A stretch of DNA of 64,000 nucleotides from Vicugna vicugna (lineage: Eukaryota), in assembly GCA_013265495.1 (NCBI GenBank), contig MU057711.1, positions 744,001-808,000 of the forward strand. The letters run 5' to 3'. The position numbers and the translations under genes are program-made. Below the pieces are notes generated by a model. That model did no database searches. It was not told the DNA's origin and saw only the letters and a list, made by a program, of their open reading frames with translations. Shown here one piece after another: positions 48,001-61,700 of the stretch (its first letter is position 1; each line of letters opens with the position of its first letter).

Positions 48001-49553
48001 CTCTGCATCACTCTGGGCTGCCGAGCACGGTACCGCGTGCTCTCTGAGTGCTGTATGAGTTCAAGGAAGAGTAAAACGTGATTACACATTGGAAGTCATG
48101 CAGTCCTTTAGGTGAGCGCGCCCGTGCAAATGAATGTATGGAAAGATTGAGGGATGACTGCTCTAAGAACAGTTGGATTGGTTTAGACCTGCTATACTAA
48201 AGACTATTTTTAGTTCTTGAAAGACTCTTTCTTTTTTAAAAAGATCATTAGGATCTCTTTTAGGGTTATTATTTTTTCCATTTTGAGATATATGTGTGGG
48301 TGTGTATCTGTATATATACATACACATACATACATCCTTGGTAGAAAATTTCAAAAATAAAAGGGAAAAAAATCCCCCTGTTTTTCTGCCATACAAAGGT
48401 AATCACTTTCAGCATGTTATTTCCTGCCAGATGCTTCATTGAGCAGCTTTTGCCCTTTTTTTTTTAAAGCAGCTGAATTATAATCCTGCACTTTCTACTT
48501 AATATTATATATAAACATTTTATATTACTAATTGCTTATGAATATAATTTTAATACTTTGTATTACAGCCCACAAGCACTCCTTAATTCAATTGAAGAGG
48601 CATGAAAAAAATTGGTAGTAAAAATGCCTGGTTTTCCCCCTTGTCTGCACACCTCATTCCTGACATGTAGATGTCCTTGGCAGCGACAGGCTGACCAGCC
48701 TTTTGGATCACATTAGATTTGAATCTACCCAGAGGTGGTGCAGAGTAGTAAAATAGTTGGTTATCATGGAGCTGTAAATAGATGATGTTGTAATTCCATG
48801 TAGTTGTTCTCTGAAGTATAACACAGACTACTTTTTGGAAAATGAAAAATGCTGATCTCGTAACTTAAAATTTTGAAGTGTATAGACGCTTTTGTTTTTG
48901 CATATCTTATACACTAGTTGAATGGCCCTGAAAAGGCTGTGAACTGCCTGTAACAATTACAACTATGAGTTCATATATTTTTAAGTTAACTTGTATACTT
49001 CAGTTTTAAGAAAAACTCCTAGGTCATTATGTATTCAGGCTGAATAAGTACTCGAAGTGAAACATTCTTTGCAAACTTTCCTGTATTGTGCTGTATTGCT
49101 TTTTAGATGTTGTACCATAAGGATGACTGTAGAAAAGACAGTTATGTTTACCCTCAAAAAGGTTGGAGTTTGTAAACTCTAGTTTGTTGTGCTAGTTTCA
49201 CTTACTTCCTACCTATGCAGTTTCTCAGTAGGAAATTTTGATATGCTAATTTGTTTTTAAAATGTTTGTGTTTGGTGATGTTGAAAGAGAACATTTTTGC
49301 TTGTATATTGCTACATTTTTCAGCATCTGATTCATATTGCAAAGGTGTATTCAAAGAATATTCCATATCTTCAGTCAGCAAATTGCATGCTACCCATACC
49401 TTCTGGTAAAGGACAAGCACATCATAGGTATTTTCTGTAGCTTATGGGCTCTGACGATACTTGTTTTCTTGGTTTGACATCTTGACCTGATTTGACGTTT
49501 GGGGACTTTACCTGTGATTGAGCAGCTCTGAGGATGTTGAGTGTGTTTCATGC

Positions 49554-50101
49554 TGTTATCACCGAGCAAAGGGCTCGTGTGTCCACTGCACAGAAAGCCG
49601 AGCTCTGACAGCGGGTTTATAGCAAAGGAGGGGTTTATTGCAGGGCGCTAAGCTAGGGAGTGGGAGACAAACCTCAGGTCCACTCCTACTTGGTCTTTGA
49701 GTTAGGGTTTTTTTTTTAAAAGGCGTAGATGAAGAAGCTGGGGTTAATTATCATCTTGTGACATTTCTGTGACATTTCTTAGTCATAGTTTCAGGAATCA
49801 GGGTGTGTCTGGTTTATAATTTTCTGGCCAGGTGGTCCATGGCTCGGGGGTCTGTTAGCTCATCTTGCCCTGGAGAAACAACCTCAGTTAGTACGTTAAT
49901 AGTGATGTCTACAACAGCAATTTTAGTACATTAATGATGTTACCCACAACAGTAGTTTCAGTCATCTGACTCTGGTTGATCGGCGTTGAGTTACTGCAGG
50001 ATTCAGGTCAGAGGGGGCAAGAAAAGAATAACGTTTTGGATAAAGAAATTAATTATAAACTCAGTGAGAAAACTTGGTTTGAGGGTGGGGGCTCGGTTCC
50101 A
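49554..50101 (-). mobile_element. Solo ERV LTR, about 550 bp, antisense in LONP2 intron 7
   Basis: TG...CA termini, tttatt (AATAAA on minus) near 49634, relative CpG retention. Confidence 0.7.
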
Positions 50102-50114
50102 CTATGAAAAGACA

Positions 50115-50299
50115 TTTATAAGATTTGCTACGACAGGTTTCTTTTGTAGAGAACAGGGAACTAAACTATGTTCAATATCTTACAGTAATCTATAATGAAA
50201 AAGAATATGAAAAGGAGTATATGTCTGACTGAAACATGCTGTGCACCAGAAATTGAGACAACATTGTAAACTGACTATACTTCAGTTAAAAAAAAAAAA
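50115..50299 (+). mobile_element. Short L1 3' end with poly(A)
   Basis: Same 3' terminus as 36956-37167 (acattgtaaactgactatacttca-A run). Confidence 0.8.
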
Positions 50300-52609
50300 G
50301 TTGTCATGAGGTAGAGATTGAAATGAGACCCAAATTTAGGTGTACTGACTTCTGCTTTTGTATTTTTTTCAGGAAACCAGAAGTGGACTTTAAATAGCTA
50401 TTGCTAATAATAATTAGAGTTAACATCGTTTGAAAGCTAACTGTGTGCCAGACACTCTGCTGTGTGCTTTACCTGTTATGTTCTCTTGTGATCTCATGTA
50501 AATCCACCAGGATGGCACTGTGGTTATCCCCATCTTAGCAGATAGAGAGATACTTTGGATGCTGGCATAGCTGATCTGGTGTCCTTAAACAGGAGAAACA
50601 AGCTTCTGTTAGGGGAACAATCTCACGACTCTTAGATCCTACATCTAATCTGGATTAAGACCCACTCTGTCATCAGAGTGCTCACTGGCTCTTTTGAGGA
50701 GGCCGTATACTTGGTACCCAGGGATAAAACCTGGGTCGTAAGTATGTGTCAGGAGAATTGGAAGGCCAGCAAATGCTGCAGACATTGCATTATTGAAACG
50801 ATCACTTTGTGAGAGGTGGTTAGGAAAAGTTTCATAGAATTTCTGGAATTTATGTGGGTGGGGAGAGTCCTAAGAGCAGGAAGTTACCATATTAACAAAG
50901 GTTAAAAAAAAAACATAAGGAGTATTTAATAGGATCTTGATTGTGGGTGAAGCAAGAACATAACAAGTGAGTAAAGCTGTTGGGGGCTGGACTGTGAAGA
51001 GCCTTGAATTCCAGACAAAGGAGTTTGGACCTAATTCTCTAGGTTTAGGAAGCAGTGGAAAGTGTAGAAGGAATTGTTTATATACAGCAACTAGTATCTA
51101 GGTTTCCACTTCTTTAGAAAGGGCAGCTGCCTAGAATACTAGTTTCTTCCCATGACTTTAGGTCTAGAATTGTCAGTACTTATTTTTGTAATCTACCTGT
51201 CAAAAGCAGTAAGAAAAGGAAAAGAAATTAATGCAGCAAGAAATGACCATTAGAGGCTTTGAGGTTCTTTTGGTTTTTTGTTTTTTTAAATTTGCCATCC
51301 CTACTTATTCACAAAAGGCTGACAAATCTGTAAGTTCTCTAGAGGGATACTTCCAGGGGATTTATTAGTTTTGAGTCTTGGCCTTTCCTATACCCCATTC
51401 TGAAACCCTGAATGTGCTAATAACTGCTTATTGTAACAGGACAGTGTTTATTGTATCTAGTTCCAGGGCCTTGATCACTCCCCCAGATGAAGGGCATTCC
51501 CACGATATTTTTGAGGCTTCCTTGTCTTTTCAAAGGTCACTGTTTACTCTGCCCTACTTTACAGCAGTCATGTGGCCGAACCGAGCCTGGTCCCTGAGCC
51601 GGCTTTGTGCAGGTCATGAGATACAGCCCAGCCGCCGTCCCCCTTGCCGTTGGTCTGCTGCTCACAGGCACGCCCCCTTTATGCCTCTTCACAACAGCGT
51701 TTGACTTGTGCATGGCTGAGGCAGCAGGTTGTAGTTAAAACTAGTAAATCGCTGCTTAAAATAAAGTTTTTACTGGCTTTGTTTTAAAAAAAAAAGGCCC
51801 TTTTTTCCTTTTGACAAACATTTGTTTTTATTTCATATCACACTTTGCGTCTCAGTTACGTAGGTGATTCTTGTTCAGATATGTTGAAGCAGCCTCTACC
51901 GTGTGAATGCCCAGCAGAGTGTCTGGCTGGACTTGGTTATGCCAGTTAGTGTATACAGGATGAGCACAGTTTTATTCAAAAGGCCAGAAGTGATGGGATT
52001 TTAGCACAAACACTGTTGACCCCAGATCCTCTTACTCCAATTAATAACAAATTATTGCCTCTGAAATTAAAAATTTTGGAATTTTTCTTTCTTTTGGGGA
52101 CTACTTGTTGAGTGTCCCTTTGAGCCAATTCTCATTTCCTTCATGAAGATGGTGGTGGTGTTTTAACCAGCGCTGGGTCAGCCGTTTCAGTCTGTAAAAA
52201 GGAGGTTGTGTTGGGGGATAAGAAGTACCAGGAAGGAGGGTACTTGGAAAAACTGAAAAATATGGGAATTAAATTCATCGGGCTCTTTGGATGTTTTAGA
52301 ATCTTGAAGAATAAGAATAACTATGTGACTTTAAGAGTAATTTTTTTCAATTTCACTAAGTAGCAAGAATCAGATACAATGATTCCAGTACCCTGGGTTA
52401 AATAGAAAGACAGACAGAATTAAATAGAAAATAAGACAAGAATTGATACTCTTGGATGTATCAGAGGGCTTTTTAAATTTGCAGTACCTCTTGGCTGTAT
52501 TGCTCTGATAACTAAATGACTTTCTTCCGAGCCACAGTTTTGATGTCTAAATGACACTGCTCCTGCCTCCCGACATCTTTGTTGTGAATTTGCTGCTTGT
52601 CTTCTGTAG

Positions 52610-52751
52610 GCGCACCTATGTCGGCAGCATGCCAGGCCGTATAATCAATGGCTTGAAGACTGTTGGGGTGAACAATCCAGTGTTCCTATTAGATGAGGTG
52701 GACAAACTAGGAAAAAGTCTTCAGGGTGATCCCGCTGCAGCTCTGCTTGAG
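52610..52751 (+). CDS. LONP2: LONP2 exon 8, 142 nt (AAA+ Walker B); gene continues beyond the right edge
   Basis: ttctgtag|[47 protein letters not shown]|gtaaga. Confidence 0.98.
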
Positions 52752-55700
52752 GTAAGATTTAGAAAATTTCCTGTCTGTAATCACACTTGGAGAGTATGGA
52801 TGAGAATAGATAATCATATTAAGGCGACATGTACGTTGCCATGGGTTTAGTTGTGGGAAAAACACTTCGATACAGACTAAAACCTGAAGCAATTTGATAT
52901 TTAAATTAAAATGTCATAGAGATTTCTTTTTCTTTCCTTTTTCTGATAATTCCCCTCATTTCTTTTTTCTTTTTCTCTTTTTGTTTTTATCAAATAGTTT
53001 AACAAAATTCTGTGCATACTTTTTGTTTAAAGACCAGTAATTCTATAGGATTATTACAAAAAAAATCAGCAAGCTAGTCTCTCTTCCTTGGGTTCCTAAT
53101 TTCCTCTTCTGCACTTTGACCTCTGACTCTTAGTTCTTTCTCACGATAGCATGGCTGTATCGTTTTCTTGATTTTACAGTTTTGGGCTTTATCTGTTGAT
53201 TGCTGTCTGTGGGAGATGAGAGTTTGGCCTGCTTGCTTCCTCTGTCCCTACCACGTCATTTTTATACCCCCAAACTCCCAATACAAATTTTATCCTGATT
53301 TTGTTAAGTCATTATTGACCATTTACATTATAGTTATACAAGTGCTTTTCGCACCCGAGCCGTGTGGTGAACGATGGTCACTTTTCTTTTCCTGTCCTCC
53401 TTTTTGTTTTTATGTATGTGTTATCAAAAATCTTTGTTGAGTTAATAATTATATTGTGTCTTTTGTTTACTTGCACCAATTGTCTAGTTCTCCTTTCAAG
53501 ACTTTCAGACACTTTGTGCTCCATCAGTTTTATCTTCTCCAGGCCTCTGATCCAAGCTGGTCATTTCCACATCCGGTACAGAGCTCCCCCTCCCCCTCCC
53601 CGATGTTGGGGTTCCTGTTGCCTGTGTTTCACGCCTTCCTCTTTCTTGGTTTATTCTCTCATTGTCATAGTGTTAATCCCACAGTAGCTTCCTGAGAAAG
53701 CCTGCATAGGTGGTAAATGTTTTTCAACTTGCATATCAAAAACTTTCTTTATGTCTCCCTCATTCTTGATTGGTAGTTTGGGTATAGAATTCCGGTTGGA
53801 AGTAATTTTCTTGCAAAATTTTAAAGACGTTTCTCCATTGTTTTCCAGTTCCCAGTGTTGCTCTTGATGAGACTACCATTGTGGTCTTGCCTTTTGTGAC
53901 ATGTTTTGCTCTCTGAAAACTTTTCAGATCTTTTCTTTATCCCCCTGTTCTGAAAATGTGTATCAATGCCTTGGTGTGGATCTCTTAGTGTCCATTTTTG
54001 CTGATGCTTTGAAGATTCTTTGAATTGGAAAATCCTGTCCTTTTATTTCTGTAAAATTCTCTTGAATCCTTTTGTTGACAACTTCATTTTTTTTGGAACT
54101 CCTGTTCATTTGATGTTAGATCTTTAATTTTCTTCTCTCTCCTATTTATTTTTTGCTCTACTTTCTGTGAAGACTTCCTCAGTTTTATCTTTTAATCCTT
54201 CTATGAGTTTATCATTTCAAAGATCAACTTTTTAAAATTTCTCTGCATATACTTTTTATAGTATTTTGCCCTTGTTACACAGTTGTAATGTCTTTTTATC
54301 CCTGAGAAATATACTAATAGGTTTTTAAAAATTTTTTTTCTCTTTGCCCAAAAGCTGCATTTATCTATTTTCTATATATTTTTTCTGATCTCTGTCTTTT
54401 ATATTAGTTTTTCATTTTCATTAAATGTCTGATAATTTTTGTTTGTGTGTCATATTTAATAGTGAGGAACAAAAGCTGATTGGAAGCTGTGAACATAGGG
54501 GAGGGGCGTATTGATTATGAGTTTCCCAGTAGGGTCATCTGTGTAGGCTGTTGGATTACAGGACCTCCTGTGTCAGTAACTTCAGATCTTTCTGTTGAGA
54601 CTGATCAGATTTCTCAGAGAAGACTCTTCTAGTCTCTTGGCTTGACAGTGAAGGCCCAGCTGCCAGCATTCTGGGAACCCCGTAGGGAAAGTATCGCTGC
54701 ATTCTGTGTCCCGGATGTATGTGTTCACCTGAACTGTTGTGTGTGAACTGTTCAGTGTCGTACATACCTGCTCAGCTGTGTCCAGTGTCACCTGTGCAGG
54801 GAACCACTGTTTTTTGTTCTTAAGAAAATAAACCTCCAGGACTTTGCTGGGATAGGGGAAAGGGTCTGGGAACTGACTGCTTCATAAATTTACTTTAACC
54901 TGTCCTCCTTATTTATGACCTCTGCCCCCACGTTTTATCCCGGTTTAAGTAAAATATTAATATTCAGATTGATTTGTAAAATTGGGGGAAAACTTACTTT
55001 GTGAAACTTTTTTTTTTCTTGTTTATTTCCTTGCTCACAGTTCCCTCTGGCTTCCTGTTTCTTTTCTGTTTTTGTAAACTTAGAACAGAATGGCCTAGAA
55101 CATGTGCCTTGTAAGCAGGGAGACCTTACTTTCTGGTTTTCCTGGGACAGTCTCAGTTTATGCCTGATTATTAACTGCACTCTCTTTTAATCTTAGAAGT
55201 AGGTCCTATTTGGACAATAAAAAGGACACTCTACTTAAAAGCCCCAGAGCTTGGAGATAAGAGTTTGATTTGGTTTAGTTTTGCTTGTTTTTATTGGAAG
55301 GTAGTTGTCTGGTGGCTTGGTAATTGGTTTACTGATCAGTACTGTGAACAATAAAATAGTGACCGTTGTTTAAGATTTTAGTGGTTTCTTAGATGTTGAC
55401 TTTAGACTTTCAGTTTAATTTACATTGGGGCATTTTTCAGATAATCTGACAGATTTTCGCGTTAGACACTTATAGTTACTGTTGAAAAGAATTTAAGAGT
55501 AATTCCCTGATACTTAGGTTTCCCAAAAGACAGTGGGAATTGTGAAATAAGTCCACCAAATACAGCTTCACAAGTGGTAGGAGACGGTGATTAATCCCCC
55601 ATCTTTTTTGCAAAGTATATTTTGAGTGTTCACCTGGTGCTTCGTAGTGATGGAGTAACATTTGTTGAATTGAATTGATCTTTGATTACAAGCAGCTGGC

Positions 55701-57473
55701 ATAATGATATTTTCTTGTCTGATGGAGAACTTGGTGTTCACTTTTTTGACAACTGATTTCTTAAACTAAAAGTATGAAAGCCTCAAATAATGCCTCAGAG
55801 TAAATGCCACCTGGGGCCCCATGCTCATCACGGAGGCTTAGTGGTGAGTAGCGTCAGTTCCTTGTAGGCTGTGGTGCTGGAGAGTGAAGCAGGATACAGA
55901 AACGGAAGAACCAAGCGGCCTAGTCCCTGACCTCCTTCTCCTCCCCACCTGCCCCAAGCCTGGGTGAAAACCTCTCATACTTCACAGGTTGTTGAAACAA
56001 ATGAGAATATAAAAGCAGTCTGTAAACTGTAAAACACTCTACACATGTTATTTTACTTTAATATCCACTGACATCTCCTGTATGTCCATTTTGAAAGCCA
56101 CTTGCTATTTCCGTCACCAGTAGACCCACCTGAATGAAAAAAAGAACAAATTCAACTATTCAACACCTTGTGTTTAAAGTAGAATATATTACTAAGATTC
56201 CGGAATATCCAAGAGGGTAGTTTTTAAATCTTTCTACGTTGAAAGCCTACGTTCAAAAAACAGTTGGCATGTAGATATCATTTATGAAGTATACTTGTAC
56301 AAGATTATTTTATTTTGCAGCTAATGTATATCAAGAGAATATATACTAAATATGAAGTACATAATAGTAGATACAGAGTGATTATTCTGGATAAATTAGA
56401 GAATAAGCTTGTTCTGCCTGTAGATTCTTCTTGCTTTTATATTTGTTCATGAAGGATATGCTGATTTCCTTGAGCTTCCATGGAGTCGTTGCTTGTATAA
56501 AATAGAATGTATTTCTAGTTATTGTTACAAACATTTGGATAGCCTCTTTTGAAAATGTATTGGAAAAATATAAAAATAGATCCAACTACTTGATAAACAA
56601 ATGTTGGTAGACAGTAGAATTCAGGCAACTCTGTTGTTGGATACAAGGGAAGTCCTTTTATGTAATTATTAGACTCAAAATTACAGAATTTTTTTCTTAT
56701 CAGGTAGATTTTATCTTATTTATAATAGATGCAAAATTCAGACTTTTTTGTTAACTATGAGTGCATTTCTGAAATACACTTTCGTGTGATGGGCAAATAA
56801 AATACATGGATACTTTACCAATTTTCTATATAGGCAGTATTCACGGTTCTAAGTAATATATAGTATCCCCAAAGCAGAGAAGCCACTAGTCTAGATACAG
56901 TAAGCTTCTTTCTTTAAAACTGAAGTTCTTACTTACTTAATTAGAATTGTAATTACAATTGGTAGTTAGATCAAGTAGTGTATTTACTACGTAGACACAA
57001 CGAACGTATTCTCTTCTAAGCTTTACCACCATTGTCAAAGAATGTCAAAGAGAGGGGACTCAGGAAAATCCAGCCCTGTCCTTTTATAAATGAAAAACTT
57101 GAGGTTCAGGATATCTTAATTTTTTATCTTATCACATGCTCTGTTTACAATATAAATTCTGGAACTCTAGCAGAGTGAAAAATGCTGTAAATACTGATGT
57201 TATGAGAGAAGTGTAGTTGAAGACCCATGTCCATTTTCTGGCTTCTTTTTCTCTCCTCCATCTCTAATTAGGAGAAGGACTGCAGCTGACTGCAGATGAT
57301 CAGACTAAGCTAACTTAGGGAAATTTATGGCTTGCTAATCATTACTTTTCAGAGCTAGCAACCCTTTTTTTGGTTTGTTTTTTCCATTTCAAGCTTGTAC
57401 AAGGGAAGAACCTTCCAACTAAGCTTGTTCAAAGATTTAATATTATGGAGTCATCACATAGACAAAATGTTTA

Positions 57474-57771
57474 CATATTCTTTTCTATTATGGTTTATTA
57501 CAGGATATTGCATATAGTTCCCTGTGCTCTATAGTAAGACTTTCTTGTTTATTTTATATATAGTAGTTTGTATCTGCTAATATAAAACTCCTAATTTATC
57601 CCTCCCCCAACCCCTTTCCCCTTTGGTAACCATTAGTTTGTTTTCTATGTCTGTGAGTCTGTTTAACTTGAAAAAGAATATGAATATATATATATGCACA
57701 TATGCATAACTGAATCACTCTGCTGTACACCAGAAACTAACACAACATTGTAAATCAACCATACTTCAATA
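57474..57771. mobile_element. 5'-inverted L1 3' end
   Basis: About 57474-57663 antisense and about 57668-57771 sense, two adjacent pieces of the same L1 3'UTR. Confidence 0.75.
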
Positions 57772-58714
57772 TAGCAAACCTTGTTGCCAGTGCCAAGGCA
57801 TAGTTGCAGATTCCAGAAAAATGTCTTAATGTCTTTGTTAGCTTTTTGATTTTCTTTTTATACCCTACTTCCATTTTCTGTCTCTCCCTTATTACCCACT
57901 CTCTACCCCTCACATATACGTGCTCAGGCTGCCACCAGACTATCCACTGCCCTCCAGCCCTTAGCTGTGTTCTTAATGAAAATAACTATTTCTCATTTCT
58001 ACCCTGTTTAACACTCCTGTTAATTAGAGTTTGTGGTGATTGGATTGCATGACTAAATTTACATGAAAACTTATCTTGGAATTTGTTGCGACAATTACTG
58101 GTATGAATTTGAGGCTGGATAATTTCTAAGGCTTTCTTCTCCTCTGCTGCCATCCTCTGGGATGCTGTATCAGGGAATCATTGGACAAACATGTAGACCA
58201 CATCTTGGCCCTTGTCATCTTTCTGTCTCTATAAGGGCTTACCACTGGACTCACTCGTAGAATAAGAAGAGAAAAGAAAAAAAGAATACTTGACAGATAT
58301 AGAGACAGTAAATTGTAAAAAATAAGTTGAGAAATAGTAGTTTGATTAATGAATTGAGAAATAATGATGAGTTGGGCTTAGTCTCTGCCTCCCAGATTTT
58401 CAGGAACAAGCACTTTTCAAAATACCCTGTCTAAACATGTAAGGAAATATTTTACCAGTATTTAACATGTTATGTCTATATTCTTGTTTTTCATACAAAG
58501 AATAGAAAACATGTACAAAATTATATAGAAACCTCCTTTATATTAATGATTCTCTTTTGCCAAAAATAAATAAAATTTGGATATTTTGTAGAAAATGTAT
58601 GCTCTGCTTTGGGCAGTTTAATTCACAAATGGAGATGGGGATTCATTGATTAAACCAAAGCAGCTCACCTTTTAAAATGTTACTACTTAAATAATATTTT
58701 ATTGACTTTTTTTT

Positions 58715-61700
58715 TACCACTTCAGTGTGATATAATTGACATATAGTAAAGTGAGTATATTTAAAATGTACAATTTGCTGAATTTTGACATGTGTATAAA
58801 TTATGAAGCTATATGCATAATCATGATAATGAACATTGAGGTTCCAGTCTGAAATGAGAAATTCATTGGAGGGAATCAGCAGTAGATTTGAACTGGCAGG
58901 AGAAAGAATCAGTGAATTTGAAGACAGATTGATAGAAATTATTTAGTCTGAAGAACAGATAAAAAAGAATGAATAAAGTCAACAGACCATTAGGGAAATG
59001 TGGAATACCATTAAGCACACCAGTATATGCATAAGAGGACAGGAAAGGGAGACGGGAGCAGAAAAAATTTTCAAAGAAATAATAGATGTAAACTTTCCAG
59101 ATTTAATGAAAAACATAAATCTACACATCCAAGAAGCTTAGTGAATCCATGTAAGATAAACATAAAGAAATCCATGGACAAATAAAATACATCTTATCGA
59201 CATCTTGTGTTTTGGTTGTTTTCTGTCCCCTTTGTAAGAAGGATCCTACTTTTTTCCTTTGAATTACATTATTAACTATGTGGACAGTTTATTAGTTCAG
59301 AAGGCATATATTCTGTTGTATATTCTGTTTTTTTTAATACTACTTTTGGTACCTTTAATTTAAAAAAAAAAGCACATCTTTATTTCTCTTAGGTATCAAC
59401 ATTATAATGAAATAGGATTTCTTGTCCCTCCCTTGTATAAAATGAAATAATATACAGTAATCGATCCCTTCCTCATCTCACCTCCTGGTTACTTTAATTG
59501 ATTGTATTCTTTTTTAACATTATAAATCTTTATCAAAAACTATTTTCAACCTTTATATTCTTTCTTATTTTAAATTAATAGCTTTTTTAAAAGCAGTTTT
59601 AGAATAAAAGTGAGTGAAAAGTTCCAAGGACCCCATATAACTAACTTCTCACCCTCTGTTACCCAGTTTCCCCTTTTATTAATATCTTGCATTAGTGTGG
59701 TACATTTTTTAAATTGATGAGCCAGAATTAACACATTATTTTAGCTAAAGTCCATAGTTTACATCGGGGTTCAATTTGTACTGTATATTCTGTGAGTTTT
59801 GGTGAATATACAGTGACCTGTATTCCACCATTACATTGTAAAGAATAGTTTCATTGCCCTAAAAATCCCACATACTCCACCTAGTCTCCTGTGTCCTCTC
59901 CCTACATCCCTGTCAATCACTGTCTCCATATGTACTGTTTACTGTCTCTATAGTTTTGTCTTTTCCAGAAATGTCATGTTGTTGGACTTATGTAGTCTTT
60001 TCAGATTGACTTCTTTCACTTAGTAATAATGTGTTTAAGATTCTTCCATGTCATTTTGTGGCTCATTTCTTTTTATCGCAGAATAATACTCCATTGTATG
60101 GACAAACCACAGTTTGTTTATCCATTTATCTATTGAAGGACATGTCAGTTACTTCTAGTTTTTGACAATTAGGAACAAAGCTACCATAAATGTTTATGTG
60201 CAGGTTTTTGTGTGGTCATAAGTTTTCAGCCCACTTGAGTAAATACTAGGGAGTGCAATTGCTGGATCATAAGGTAAGAGCATGTTAAATTTTGTAAGAA
60301 ACTGTCACACTGTCTTCCAAAGTTGCCATACCATTTTGCATTCCACCAGCAGTGAACGAGAGTTCTTGTTGCTCCACATCCTCCCCAGTATTTGGTTGTC
60401 AGTGTTTTGGATTTTGGCCATTGTAATAAGTGTGCAGTAGTATCTTGTTTTTATATTCTTTTTTGTAAACACATTTTCCACCTTTATTTTTTAATTAACA
60501 GATTTATTGAAATACAATTCACATACCGTAAAATTCACCCCTTTAAATGTGCAATTCTGCAGTTTTTCAGTATTTTGAATAAATTACCCAGTTTTGGAAC
60601 ATTGTCATTGCCTATGTCTCTGTTAGCAGCTGCTCTCCATTGCCCCCTCCCACAAGCCCCTGGCAATGGCTAATCTTTCTGTCTCCATGGATTTGCCTAT
60701 TCTAGATACTTCATATAAATGAAATCATATAGTATGTGACCTTTTATGACTGTCTTGTTTCACTTAGCATAATGTCTTTCAGGGTTCATCCATGTTATAT
60801 GTATCAGAACTTTGTTCCTTTTATGGCTAAGTAATATTCTGTTGTATGAGCATACTACATTTTGTTTATCATTGGCTGATGGACATTTGGGTTGTTCTTA
60901 CCTTTCGCTTATTCTGAATATACTTCTATGATCATTCATATACAGGCTTTTGTGTAGACATAGGTTTTCAGTTCTCTTGGGTGTATACCTAGGAGTGGAG
61001 TTGCTGGATCATATGGGAATTCTGTATTTAACATTTTGAGAAACTTCCAAACTATTTTCCCTAGTGGCTACACCATTTTACCATCTCATTAATGATGTAG
61101 GAGGGTTCCAGTTTCTTTGCATCCTCCTCAACACCTATTATTGTCTGTCTTTTTTATGTTAGCCACCCGTTTGCTTAGTATGTGTAAAATGATAGCTCAT
61201 TGTGATTTTGATTTTCAGTCCCCTAATTGCTAATAATATTAAGCATCTTTTCATGTATTTGTTGGCCAATTGCAGATCTCCTTTGTAGAAACAGCTATTT
61301 AAATCATTTGCCCATTTTTAACTGGGTATTTTTCTTTTTCATAGTGAGTTTCTTATATATTCTGGTTACAAGTTCCTTCTCAGATTCATGATTTGCAGAT
61401 ACTTTCACCAGTTTTGTGGGCTTTTTTTTCACTTTTTTTGATGGTGTTCTTTGAAGCAGAAAAGTTTTTAATTATGATAACGTCTAATTTATCTATATTT
61501 TTCTTTTGTCATTTGTGGTTTTGATGCCATATCTAAGAAGCCATTGCCTAATCCAAGGTCATGAAGATTTACTCCTACGTTTTCTTCTAAGAGTTTTACA
61601 TTTTTAGTTTTTATATTTAGGTCTATAATCCATTTTTAGTTAATGTCTGTATGTGGTGTGAGATGTAGGGACCCTCTTCATTCTTTTGCATGTGAATATC

